Assembly (NCBI GenBank): GCA_964467905.1 | Contig: CAYXSY010000005.1 | Location: 9,800 to 73,799 of the forward strand | Direction: 5' to 3' | DNA length: 64,000 nt | Origin: an uncultured Planctomycetales bacterium | GTDB taxonomy: Bacteria > Omnitrophota > Gorgyraeia > Gygaellales > Profunditerraquicolaceae | Shown: one piece after another, positions 35,611 through 43,842 of the stretch | How positions within the stretch are numbered: the first letter of the stretch is position 1 | Layout: every line of letters starts with the position of its first letter | The notes under the pieces: generated by a model | Databases searched by the model: none | What the model was told of the DNA's origin: nothing | What the model saw: the letters and a program-made list of their open reading frames with translations, nothing else | Position numbers and translations under genes: made by a program

Positions 35611-35622
35611 ACAGGAGGAGAA

Positions 35623-36033
35623 GTGAAATTAATAACTAGAGATACAGATTATGCTTTACGGGCTATATGCTATATAGCTAAACAGGGTAAAAGAAGGGTG
35701 CCGACCTCTGAATTGGTGCAGAAGCTAAAAATGCCGCGGTCTTTTCTACGTAAGGCCCTTCAAATGCTAGATAAAAAAGGTTTACTTCGTTCTTATAAAG
35801 GTACGGGTGGAGGTTTTGTTATATCTAAGAATACCCGTAATATAAGGTTACTTGATTTAATGGAAGCATTCCAGGGGCCATTGAGCTTAAATGAGTGCTC
35901 TTTTAAAAAGAAGAAATGTCCCGAACAGATAAATTGTCCTTTAAGAAAAAAAATAAACGCATTGGAAGCTTATATTATTTCCCAGCTACGCGATGTAAGT
36001 ATAGCTTCCTTATTAGTTCAAGCAGGAGGTTAG
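35623..36033 (+). CDS. Rrf2 family transcriptional regulator (NsrR/IscR-like, three-Cys cluster site)
   Basis: It has a winged-helix N-terminus (KLITRDTDYALRAICYIAK) and three C-terminal Cys residues (NECSFKKKKCPEQINC). It uses a GTG start behind an AGGAGG and is the first gene of the hcp cluster. Confidence 0.85.
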   Translation: MKLITRDTDYALRAICYIAKQGKRRVPTSELVQKLKMPRSFLRKALQMLDKKGLLRSYKGTGGGFVISKNTRNIRLLDLMEAFQGPLSLNECSFKKKKCPEQINCPLRKKINALEAYIISQLRDVSIASLLVQAGG

Positions 36034-36034
36034 A

Positions 36035-36868
36035 TTGGAGAAAAGAAGTATCATAAGTATAGACCATAATAAATGTAATGGCTGCGGTTTATGTATCCCA
36101 AACTGTCCGGAAGGCGCTATCCAGATTATAGATAAAAAGGCGCATCTGGTTAGTGACTTATTTTGTGACGGCCTAGGCGCTTGTATCGGGCATTGCCCGC
36201 AAGGTGCAATTACTATTGAAGAGAGGCCTGCCCAGGAGTATAGCGAGAAGAAAGTCATGGAGAATATTGTAAAGCACGGTAAAAACGTTATCTTAGCCCA
36301 CCTCAAGCATCTTAAAGACCATAAACAGAACGAATACTTAAAACAGGCTTTGGGATATTTAAAAGAGAATAATATAGACATTAATATAGAAAACAATTCA
36401 GATGCTAATGTGCACGTTCATGGCGGTTGCCCGGGATCTAAAATAATGGACTTAAGGAACCATAAAAAAGCCGAAGTTGCGAGGGGTGTTATGGATCAGG
36501 CTTCGCAATTAGGGCAGTGGCCTGTACAGCTTAAGCTTGTGCCTGTTTTGGCTCCTTATTTTGAGAATGCCGACCTTTTAATCGCAGCCGATTGCGTTCC
36601 TTTCGCGTATGCAGATTTTCACCAGCGGTTGCTTAAAGGAAAGATTTTGCTTGTTGGTTGCCCCAAATTAGATGATCTGGATTCTTATAAGGATAAAATT
36701 ACGCAGATTATAAAGAACAATAAGATACGCTCCGTTGTTTACGCGCATATGGAAGTACCTTGTTGTTTTGGTTTATTACCGATAATCAAAGAGGCTATTG
36801 CATCAACAGATAAAAACATTATCTTTTCTGAAGTTAATATTAGTATTACGGGAGAAAAGATTATATGA
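36035..36868 (+). CDS. 4Fe-4S dicluster domain protein with an uncharacterised C-terminal domain
   Basis: Two ferredoxin motifs are present (CNGCGLCIPNCP and CDGLGACIGHCP). It uses a TTG start 5 nt after an AGGAGG. The C-terminal half contains CVPF...GCPKLDD...VPCCFG. Confidence 0.7.
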   Translation: MEKRSIISIDHNKCNGCGLCIPNCPEGAIQIIDKKAHLVSDLFCDGLGACIGHCPQGAITIEERPAQEYSEKKVMENIVKHGKNVILAHLKHLKDHKQNEYLKQALGYLKENNIDINIENNSDANVHVHGGCPGSKIMDLRNHKKAEVARGVMDQASQLGQWPVQLKLVPVLAPYFENADLLIAADCVPFAYADFHQRLLKGKILLVGCPKLDDLDSYKDKITQIIKNNKIRSVVYAHMEVPCCFGLLPIIKEAIASTDKNIIFSEVNISITGEKII

Positions 36869-37101
36869 GCCAAAAATGCCCCGGACAGGATTCAAGGAAT
36901 ATAAAGGCAGAGAGTATTATTTGTAGTGTATGCGGCTATGAAATAGAAATATTCTCTGATGAGCTAAAGATAAAGTGTCCGAGATGTAAGAGCTTGGCGT
37001 GTCGAGAACTGCTGCCTTCTTGTGTGGCCTGGTGCAAGGCGGCCAAGGATTGTGTGGGTATGGAGAAATGGAAACAATTAAGGAGTTCTGCTACGCTCTA
37101 A
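36865..37101 (+). CDS. small Cys-rich zinc-ribbon protein
   Basis: A 78-aa protein with CSVCG...CPRC plus four further Cys residues. It overlaps the upstream stop by 4 nt. Confidence 0.55.
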   Translation: MSQKCPGQDSRNIKAESIICSVCGYEIEIFSDELKIKCPRCKSLACRELLPSCVAWCKAAKDCVGMEKWKQLRSSATL

Positions 37102-37222
37102 GACATACAAATAATATGGTAGAGCTACGCAGAAACTATTGAATTCCTTCGAAGCCCTACCGTTTGATAGCAAAGTTTAAGGGCGTAGGAGAAATGGAAA
37201 CAGTTAAAAGGAGGATAAAAAT

Positions 37223-38515
37223 ATGTTTTGTTATCAGTGTGAACAAACAGCAGGCGGAAGCGGTTGCACAAAATTAGGTGTTTGCGGCAAGAATGAGGAT
37301 GTCCAAAGCTTGCAGGATTTATTATTATTTGGATTAAAAGGTATTGCTGCTTATGCGTATCATGCCCGCGAACTCGGTGCGCGCGATGAGGAAGTGGATA
37401 GTTTTATGCATGAAGCGCTTTTCAAAACGGTAACTAATGTGAGTTTTGATTTGAGCCAGCATCTTGATTTAGTCTTGAAGTGTGGCAGAGTTAATCTAAA
37501 AACTATGGAGCTTTTGGATAAGGCTCATACCGAGCGTTTCGGCAACCCTATTCCTACTCAGGTTTATATGGGTACCAAGAAGGGGCCGGGTATCCTTGTT
37601 ACAGGGCATGATTTGTTAGATTTATACGAGTTGCTTAAGCAGACTGAAGGCACGGGGATAAATATTTATACCCATTCAGAGATGTTGCCCGCACACGGAT
37701 ATCCTAAGCTCAAATCTTTTAAGCACCTGGTTGGAAATTACGGCGGTGCCTGGCAGGAGCAGAAGAAAGAATTCAATGAATTCAGCGGAGCGATACTAGC
37801 GACTACTAACTGCGTTTTAATCCCACCGGCAAATACTTATTTAGATAGGTTATTTACTATAGGTATTACCGGCGTTCCGGGAGCCGCTCATATTAAAAAC
37901 CGTGATTTTAAAGCCATTATTGAAAAAGCAAAATCATTGCCTTCTCTACAGGAGGTACCGGGTAAAACAATAATGACTGGTTTCCACCATGCGGCGATTC
38001 TTTCTTTGGCTGATAAAATCGTAGGGTTGGTAAAATCAGGTAAAATAAGGCATTTCTTTCTTATCGGCGGTTGTGATGGCGCAAAGCCGGGAAGAAACTA
38101 TTATACGGAGTTTGCAGAGCTTGTGCCTAAGGATTGTATAATTCTTACCCTTGCATGTGGTAAATACCGTTTTAATAAGCTTGATTTCGGAGAAATTGAA
38201 GGAATTCCGCGCTTATTGGATATTGGTCAGTGCAACAATGCCTATTCGGCAATACAGGTGGCCTTAGCGCTATCCAAGGTATTTAATTGTAGCGTCAATG
38301 ATCTGCCATTAACTTTGGTTTTATCATGGTTTGAGCAGAAGGCGGTGGCAATACTTTTGACATTGCTTGCTCTGGATATAAAAAACATACGTATTGGGCC
38401 TACTCCACCGGCATTCATCAGCCCGGGAGTATTTAAGGTTATCCAGGAGAGATACGGGTTAAAGTTAATCACTACGCCGAAGGATGACTTGGCAGATATT
38501 CTAAAGACAAAGTAA
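37223..38515 (+). CDS. hcp: hybrid cluster protein (hydroxylamine reductase), short form
   Basis: The N-terminus MFCYQCEQTAGGSGCTKLGVCGK is the Hcp cubane-binding motif. Downstream blocks are GHDL, NYGGAWQ, LATTNC, GGCDG, ACGKYRF and GQCNNAYSA. At 430 aa it is shorter than the ~550-aa classical forms. Confidence 0.9.
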   Translation: MFCYQCEQTAGGSGCTKLGVCGKNEDVQSLQDLLLFGLKGIAAYAYHARELGARDEEVDSFMHEALFKTVTNVSFDLSQHLDLVLKCGRVNLKTMELLDKAHTERFGNPIPTQVYMGTKKGPGILVTGHDLLDLYELLKQTEGTGINIYTHSEMLPAHGYPKLKSFKHLVGNYGGAWQEQKKEFNEFSGAILATTNCVLIPPANTYLDRLFTIGITGVPGAAHIKNRDFKAIIEKAKSLPSLQEVPGKTIMTGFHHAAILSLADKIVGLVKSGKIRHFFLIGGCDGAKPGRNYYTEFAELVPKDCIILTLACGKYRFNKLDFGEIEGIPRLLDIGQCNNAYSAIQVALALSKVFNCSVNDLPLTLVLSWFEQKAVAILLTLLALDIKNIRIGPTPPAFISPGVFKVIQERYGLKLITTPKDDLADILKTK

Positions 38516-38558
38516 GGAGTATGTAGTAAAATATAATAGAGAGAGGGAGCCAAATATA

Positions 38559-39428
38559 ATGCTGGATGGCAAGATAAAGAGCAGGATTTTAGAGGCTCAA
38601 AAGAATGAGATTACAGAGCATTTTATTTATGCTAGACTTTCTAGCTTGCTTAAAGATAGAGAGAAAGCAGCTATTCTTAAACAGATATCCGAAGAAGAAT
38701 TAAAGCATTATGAGCTTTGGAAGACGTTTAGCGCAGAAGACGTTGCGCCGGATAAGGGTAAGGTTTTCTTTTACGTTTGGCTAGCAAGATTATTCGGCCT
38801 GACTTTTGGTTTAAAGTTGATGGAGTCAGGTGAGGACTCGGCGCAGGATGTATACGAGAAGCTTAAAGTTATAAGCCCACAGGTAGATAAGATTATTGCT
38901 GATGAAAATGCGCATGAGAATCAACTCATCGGCTTAATAGATGAGGAGCGGTTAAAGTATGTAAGCTCTGTAGTCTTAGGGCTGAATGATGCCTTAGTTG
39001 AGCTAACGGGTGCTCTTGTAGGATTTACCCTTGCTTTGCAGAATGCGCGCCTGGTGAGTATAGTCGGTTTAATCACTGGTATTGCTGCATCATTATCCAT
39101 GGCTGCTTCAGAATATTTATCTACCCGCCAGGAAGATACAGGTAAGGATCCAGTTAAGGCCTGCATATATACCGGTATTGCCTATGTTGGCACAGTTATT
39201 GTTCTGGTAAGCCCATATTTTATTTTTAAGAATATTTATTTGGCTTTAAGCCTTGTGTTGCTCGCTGCAGTTTCAATAATTTATATTTTTACTTATTATA
39301 TTTCTGTGGCCAAAGAGCTGAACTTTAAGAAGAGGTTTTTGGAGATGGCCGGGATTAGCTTAGGGATTGCTGCCATTAATTTTTGCATAGGTTTAGCTGT
39401 AAGAAAAGTTTTTGGTATCGATGTATAA
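38559..39428 (+). CDS. ferritin-like (rubrerythrin-type) domain fused to a VIT1/CCC1 iron transporter domain
   Basis: The N-terminal four-helix-bundle motifs are EITEHFIY, EEELKHYELW and ADENAHENQL. The C-terminal VIT1 pattern reads VVLGLNDALVELTGALVG...SMAASEYLS and is followed by TM helices. Confidence 0.8.
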   Translation: MLDGKIKSRILEAQKNEITEHFIYARLSSLLKDREKAAILKQISEEELKHYELWKTFSAEDVAPDKGKVFFYVWLARLFGLTFGLKLMESGEDSAQDVYEKLKVISPQVDKIIADENAHENQLIGLIDEERLKYVSSVVLGLNDALVELTGALVGFTLALQNARLVSIVGLITGIAASLSMAASEYLSTRQEDTGKDPVKACIYTGIAYVGTVIVLVSPYFIFKNIYLALSLVLLAAVSIIYIFTYYISVAKELNFKKRFLEMAGISLGIAAINFCIGLAVRKVFGIDV

Positions 39429-39445
39429 AAGAAAGGGGGGGGCAT

Positions 39446-39508
39446 ATGAGTTGCGGAAGATGTGGGGCAAAGAAACCTAAGAAAAAAGGCAAGAAGAAAA
39501 AGAAGTAG
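39446..39508 (+). CDS. 20-aa small ORF MSCGRCGAKKPKKKGKKKKK preceded by a G8 Shine-Dalgarno
   Basis: A G8 run at 39435-39442 lies 3 nt upstream of the ATG at 39446, and a TAG lies at 39506-39508. The peptide has a CxxC followed by a poly-Lys tail. It is out of frame with the track's GTG 39462 korA start. Confidence 0.35.
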   Translation: MSCGRCGAKKPKKKGKKKKK

Positions 39509-39572
39509 ATTTATAATCTGGCGGCAGGGTGCTATGCGCTCTGCCGCTTTAATATTTCAGAAAATTAAAGAA

Positions 39573-41240
39573 ATGGATAATTTTTCTGTTTTAATCGCGG
39601 GTAAGGCCGGATTCGGGATAGACAGGTCAGGTAGCATAATTGGTAGGTTGCTTGCCGGAGCCGGACGCCATATCTATATATATAGGGATTATCCTTCTAT
39701 TATAAGGGGCGGTCACACATTTTCAATCATAAGGGCTTCTTTAGAAAAGAGATTAGCTTGTTTAAATAAGATAGATTTTCTTTTAGCGCTGGATCAGGAA
39801 GCCTTTGATTTGCATAAAGAGAGAATAAAGGATACAACCGTTATTATTTATGATAGCGATATCGTAGAGATAAGCGGGTTTGATGGAAACAAGAAAATAG
39901 CCATCCCTATATCTTCTGTTGTCAAAGAAGAGAATGCTCCTGAGATAATGCGTAATAGTTCTATTGTGGCGGCATTCTGTCACGTAATCGGGTTGCCTTG
40001 GGAAAACCTGGAAAAAGTTTTACATAAAGAATTCTCTTCGGCTTTAGAAATAAACCTTAAGGTCGCACGCCGTGGGTGGGATGCTTCTCAGGAGCTACAA
40101 AAAATAGGTATTTTAAATCCCAATACTTCTCCTCTTATAACGGGGAATGAAGCTATCGCTTTGGGATTAGCTAACGGTGGGTTGCAGGAATACATTGCTT
40201 ATCCTATGACGCCGTCTTCTCCGGTATTGCATTTTTTGGCACAACATGCGCAAAAATTATCTATAAACGTTACGCATCCGGAGAGCGAAATTGCAGTCGT
40301 ACTTATGGGATTAGGTTTTGCTTATTCAGGCAAAAGGGCAGCAGTAGGAACTTCCGGAGGGGGGTTTTGTTTAATGACTGAAGGCTTAAGCTTCGCGGGG
40401 ATGGCGGAGCTGCCTTTAGTTTTTGTCTTGGGGCAAAGGCCCGGACCAAGCACAGGCCTGCCTACATATTCTGCCCAAACAGAATTGTTTTTTGCTCTAT
40501 ATGCCGGCCAGGGTGAATTTGCGCGCCTTGTAGTTGCCCCCGGAGATCTGGAAGAATCATATTTCTGGTCTACGGTTGCCATGAATATGAGTTGGAAATA
40601 TCAGATTCCCAGCATTATTCTAACTGATAAGAATTTAGGAGAAGGAGTTTTAAACTTTGATATTAATTCCGTAGATACTATAAACCGGGAAGAGTTGTCA
40701 GTATACAAAGGCACAAGGCCTTATAAAAGATACGCCTTTAGTGATACAGGAATTTCTCCTTTGGCATTTGCACCGTATCCGGGCATAACCATTAAAGTAA
40801 ATAGCTACGAGCATGATGAATATGGTATTACTACCGAAGACCCCGGGATTACGATGTTAATGCAGGAAAAGCGTCTGCGCAAAGAGAATCATCTAAGAGA
40901 AGAGCTTAAGAATTATCAACAGGTTAATATTTACGGCAATCAAGAAAGTCCCATTGCGTTGCTTTGCTGGGGGTCTAATAAAGGCGTTTGCCTTGAAGTA
41001 GCCGAGCGTCTCAAGCTTAAGGTCATTCAGCCGGTAGTACTTTGGCCTTTTCCTCAGGAAGAGTTTACTAAGGATGTGTTGGGGGCAAAGAGAATAATCT
41101 GTGTAGAGAATAACGCCACTGCCCAGTTGGCCCAGTTGGTTAATATGCACGGCATTAAAGTAGACGAGAAGATTTTAAAATATGACGGAAGGGCATTTTT
41201 TGTAGATGAGTTAGAGGAGAGGATAAAAAAGATTATATGA
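39573..41240 (+). CDS. korA: 2-oxoacid:ferredoxin oxidoreductase alpha subunit with a fused N-terminal gamma domain
   Basis: The gamma-like block is LIAGKAGFGIDRSGSIIG...YPSIIRGGHT. The alpha block is GNEAIALGLANGGLQEYIAYPMTPSS. The start is uncertain (39534 or 39573). I consider the track start at 39462 unlikely. Confidence 0.8.
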   Translation: MDNFSVLIAGKAGFGIDRSGSIIGRLLAGAGRHIYIYRDYPSIIRGGHTFSIIRASLEKRLACLNKIDFLLALDQEAFDLHKERIKDTTVIIYDSDIVEISGFDGNKKIAIPISSVVKEENAPEIMRNSSIVAAFCHVIGLPWENLEKVLHKEFSSALEINLKVARRGWDASQELQKIGILNPNTSPLITGNEAIALGLANGGLQEYIAYPMTPSSPVLHFLAQHAQKLSINVTHPESEIAVVLMGLGFAYSGKRAAVGTSGGGFCLMTEGLSFAGMAELPLVFVLGQRPGPSTGLPTYSAQTELFFALYAGQGEFARLVVAPGDLEESYFWSTVAMNMSWKYQIPSIILTDKNLGEGVLNFDINSVDTINREELSVYKGTRPYKRYAFSDTGISPLAFAPYPGITIKVNSYEHDEYGITTEDPGITMLMQEKRLRKENHLREELKNYQQVNIYGNQESPIALLCWGSNKGVCLEVAERLKLKVIQPVVLWPFPQEEFTKDVLGAKRIICVENNATAQLAQLVNMHGIKVDEKILKYDGRAFFVDELEERIKKII

Positions 41241-42091
41241 GCGATATATTGAAGCTTGAAACATCCGCTAAGAATACATGGTGCCCGGGCTGCGGGAATT
41301 TTGCCATACTAAATGCAATAAAGGCGGTGTTGCAGGATTTGCATAAAGAGGGTACGCAAATAGAGAATGTAGTGTTAGTTTCTGGCATTGGCTGCCATGC
41401 GAAAATCGTTGATTACATAAATGTTAACAGTTTTTATTCTATACACGGCAGGGTTGTGCCGGTAGCTGAGGCAATAAAAATGGCTTCTCCTGAAGTTAAG
41501 GTTATTGGTTTTGCAGGAGACGGCGATGCTTACGGGGAAGGTATGGAACATCTTATATTCGCTGCTAAGCGCAATATAGATATTACCATGATCATACATG
41601 ATAACCGGGTATATGGACTGACTACCGGCCAATATACCCCTACATCGCCGTTGGGTTTCCGTGGCCGCTCAACTCCTTTAGGCACAAAAGAAGCTCCCTT
41701 AAATCCTTTGGAGGTAATGTTTTCAGCGGGCGCTACTTTTATCGGCCGCGGCACATCACACGGCATCGATTTATTAAAGACTTTATTCAGACAGGCAATT
41801 TTACATAAAGGTTTTTCTCTGGTAGATGTATTGCAGGTATGCGTTACTTATTATAATATGTATGAATATTACGATAAGCGGGTTTATGAGCTAAAAGGGC
41901 ATGACCCTGAAGATTACAATCAGGCCTTGCTAAAGATAAGGGAATGGGATTATAATATTGACAGTAGAATAGCTCTAGGTTTGTTGTATAATAAAGACGC
42001 CCCCGCCTTTGAAAGACAAGCCTTTCAGGAGCGTATATTAGCTTCCGAATGCAACACAAAAATAAAAGAGCTGCTGCAGGGTTTAGTTTAA
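41237..42091 (+). CDS. korB: 2-oxoacid:ferredoxin oxidoreductase beta (TPP-binding) subunit
   Basis: The motifs WCPGCGNFAIL, GIGCH, GDGDAYGEG and DNRVYGLTTGQ are present. The start overlaps the korA stop. Confidence 0.9.
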   Translation: MSDILKLETSAKNTWCPGCGNFAILNAIKAVLQDLHKEGTQIENVVLVSGIGCHAKIVDYINVNSFYSIHGRVVPVAEAIKMASPEVKVIGFAGDGDAYGEGMEHLIFAAKRNIDITMIIHDNRVYGLTTGQYTPTSPLGFRGRSTPLGTKEAPLNPLEVMFSAGATFIGRGTSHGIDLLKTLFRQAILHKGFSLVDVLQVCVTYYNMYEYYDKRVYELKGHDPEDYNQALLKIREWDYNIDSRIALGLLYNKDAPAFERQAFQERILASECNTKIKELLQGLV

Positions 42092-42122
42092 ACCAGGATT
42101 TCATCAATAGAAGGAGATAGCT

Positions 42123-42281
42123 ATGGAAAAATACAGATGTACGGTTTGTGGTTATGTTTATGATCCGGCAGTAGGCGACCCGGATCACGGGGTAAATGCC
42201 GGGACTAAATTCGTAGATTTGCCTGCGGATTGGGTTTGTCCGGAATGCGGCGTGGGTAAAGACATGTTCGAGAAGGTTTAA
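42123..42281 (+). CDS. rub: rubredoxin (52 aa; below the ORF-track cutoff)
   Basis: The sequence [52 protein letters not shown] carries both CxxCG knuckles. An RBS (aaggag) is present. The stop overlaps the next ATG (TAATG). Confidence 0.95.
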   Translation: MEKYRCTVCGYVYDPAVGDPDHGVNAGTKFVDLPADWVCPECGVGKDMFEKV

Positions 42282-43147
42282 TGATTATGAGCAGACAAGT
42301 TAAATTTAAAGGCTCTCCTCTTACTTTGGTTGGCAGATATTTAAGCCGGGGAATAGTGGCTCCGGATTTTAAGGTTATATCGGCTGAATTAAAAGAAGTT
42401 TGTTTATCAGAGTTTAAGGATAAAATCAAGATTGTAAACTTTTTCCCTTCCCTTGATACGCCGGTATGCGATTTGCAGGTAAAGGAATTTAATAAGAAAG
42501 CAGCCGGTATTTCTGCGGATATAGTTGTAATCGGAATAAGCAAAGATTTACCTTTTGCCCAGGCAAGATTCTGCCATGAAAACGAAATTAAGAATGAGTT
42601 AGTATTTTCAGATTATAGATATTCTTCCTTTGGCATCAACTACGGAGTTTTAATTAAAGAACTTAATCTTCTCGCACGCGGAGTAGTTATTATCGACAGT
42701 AATAACATTTTAAGATACATCCAAATAGTAGATGAAGTAACGAATGCGGTTAATTATGAGCAAGCACTTAAAGAGCTGGAGGCTGTAATTAGTGCCACAG
42801 CGTCTTTAAGGCCACAAGAAGAGCTGTCTTCTCACTGCAAGCCTTGCGAAGGGCAAGTTGCTTCTTTGCCTCAAGATAAGATCAATAGATTAATCGCCGC
42901 CTACCGCGGTTGGGAACTTATTGACGGTAAAAAAATAGTGAAGGAATTTAAGTTTAAAGATTTTATCGAGGCAAAATATTTTATCGATCTTATTTCGGTT
43001 ATCGCTGAAGAGCAAGGGCATCACCCTACCATAACCGTAATTTATAATAAAGTCAGGCTAACGCTTAGCACTCACGCAGCAGGAGGCCTGACTGATAACG
43101 ATTTTATTATGGCTAAATTAATTGATGGATTAGGATATGCCGGTTAA
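42281..43147 (+). CDS. fusion protein: thiol peroxidase (Tpx, atypical 2-Cys) + pterin-4a-carbinolamine dehydratase (PCD/DCoH)-like domain
   Basis: The Tpx part is FFPSLDTPVCDLQ (peroxidatic Cys) and ARFCHENEI (resolving Cys). After an ~25-aa linker comes HCKPCEG...YRGWELIDGKKIVKEFKFKDFIEAKYFIDLISVIAEEQGHHPTITVIYNKVRLTLSTHAAGGLTDNDFIMA, a typical PCD. Confidence 0.8.
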   Translation: MIMSRQVKFKGSPLTLVGRYLSRGIVAPDFKVISAELKEVCLSEFKDKIKIVNFFPSLDTPVCDLQVKEFNKKAAGISADIVVIGISKDLPFAQARFCHENEIKNELVFSDYRYSSFGINYGVLIKELNLLARGVVIIDSNNILRYIQIVDEVTNAVNYEQALKELEAVISATASLRPQEELSSHCKPCEGQVASLPQDKINRLIAAYRGWELIDGKKIVKEFKFKDFIEAKYFIDLISVIAEEQGHHPTITVIYNKVRLTLSTHAAGGLTDNDFIMAKLIDGLGYAG

Positions 43148-43841
43148 TCTAGAACTAAGAGTAAAAGAGATAATCCAGCGTACTTATAACGTAAAGAGTT
43201 TCCGTTTAGAGCCAGCCGCTAATATAGATTATAAGGCGGGCCAATTCTTAAGCGTTACATTGAGGAAGGATTCTAATCTAAAGCGTTATTTATCAATATC
43301 CAGTTCGCCTACCGAGAAATGCTACATTGAATTCACCAAAAAGCTTACTAACAGCGATTTTTCTAAGTCTTTGAATGAATTAAAAGCCGGGGATACGGTT
43401 GAAGTTCAGTATCCTATGGGTAATTTTACGCTAAAAGATGGTTTTAACAAAATAGCCTTTATTTCCGGAGGTATCGGCATTACTCCTATTCGTAGCATAG
43501 CCAAGTATGTAGTAGATAATAATATGGGCGTTGATATGATTTTAGTTTATGCCAACCGCTCAATTAAGGATATAGTTTTTAAAGATGATTTCGATTATAT
43601 GCAGAAAGCCTATTCTAAATTAAAGGTTTCGCATGTGTTGTGCGAAGCGGAGCCGGGGTTTAAATGCACCGTAGGATTGATTAACGCAGCGATAATCAAG
43701 AATGAAGTAAGCGATTACCAGCAGCGTAAATTCTATCTCTGTGGCCCTCCAGCGATGGTAGACTCGATGAAAAAAATATTGACTGGGGAGTTAGCGTTAG
43801 CGGAAACAAATATTATCACAGAGAATTTTCAGGGGTATTAA
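43137..43841 (+). CDS. ferredoxin-NADP reductase-type FAD/NAD(P)-binding oxidoreductase (no Fe-S domain)
   Basis: The FAD motif is RYLSISSSP and the NAD(P) motif is FISGGIGITP, with a C-terminal YLCGPPAMV. It overlaps the Tpx-PCD gene by 11 nt. Confidence 0.75.
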   Translation: MPVNLELRVKEIIQRTYNVKSFRLEPAANIDYKAGQFLSVTLRKDSNLKRYLSISSSPTEKCYIEFTKKLTNSDFSKSLNELKAGDTVEVQYPMGNFTLKDGFNKIAFISGGIGITPIRSIAKYVVDNNMGVDMILVYANRSIKDIVFKDDFDYMQKAYSKLKVSHVLCEAEPGFKCTVGLINAAIIKNEVSDYQQRKFYLCGPPAMVDSMKKILTGELALAETNIITENFQGY

Positions 43842-43842
43842 T

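Noticed and set aside
36013-36396. A 127-aa minus-strand ORF opposite the 4Fe-4S protein gene
   Set aside because: It is a shadow ORF. The plus strand encodes two canonical CxxCxxCxxxCP motifs.
39462-39572. The GTG at 39462 as the korA start, giving an Arg/Lys-rich N-terminal extension
   Set aside because: The extension is simply the purine-rich AAG/AAA stretch read in another frame. The strong G8 SD is positioned for the ATG at 39446 in a different frame. Conserved KorA sequence begins near 39573.
41844-42543. Minus-strand ORFs of 114 aa and 112 aa spanning the korB end, rubredoxin and the tpx start
   Set aside because: The region is fully explained by korB, a textbook 52-aa rubredoxin that falls below the track's length cutoff, and the Tpx domain on the plus strand.
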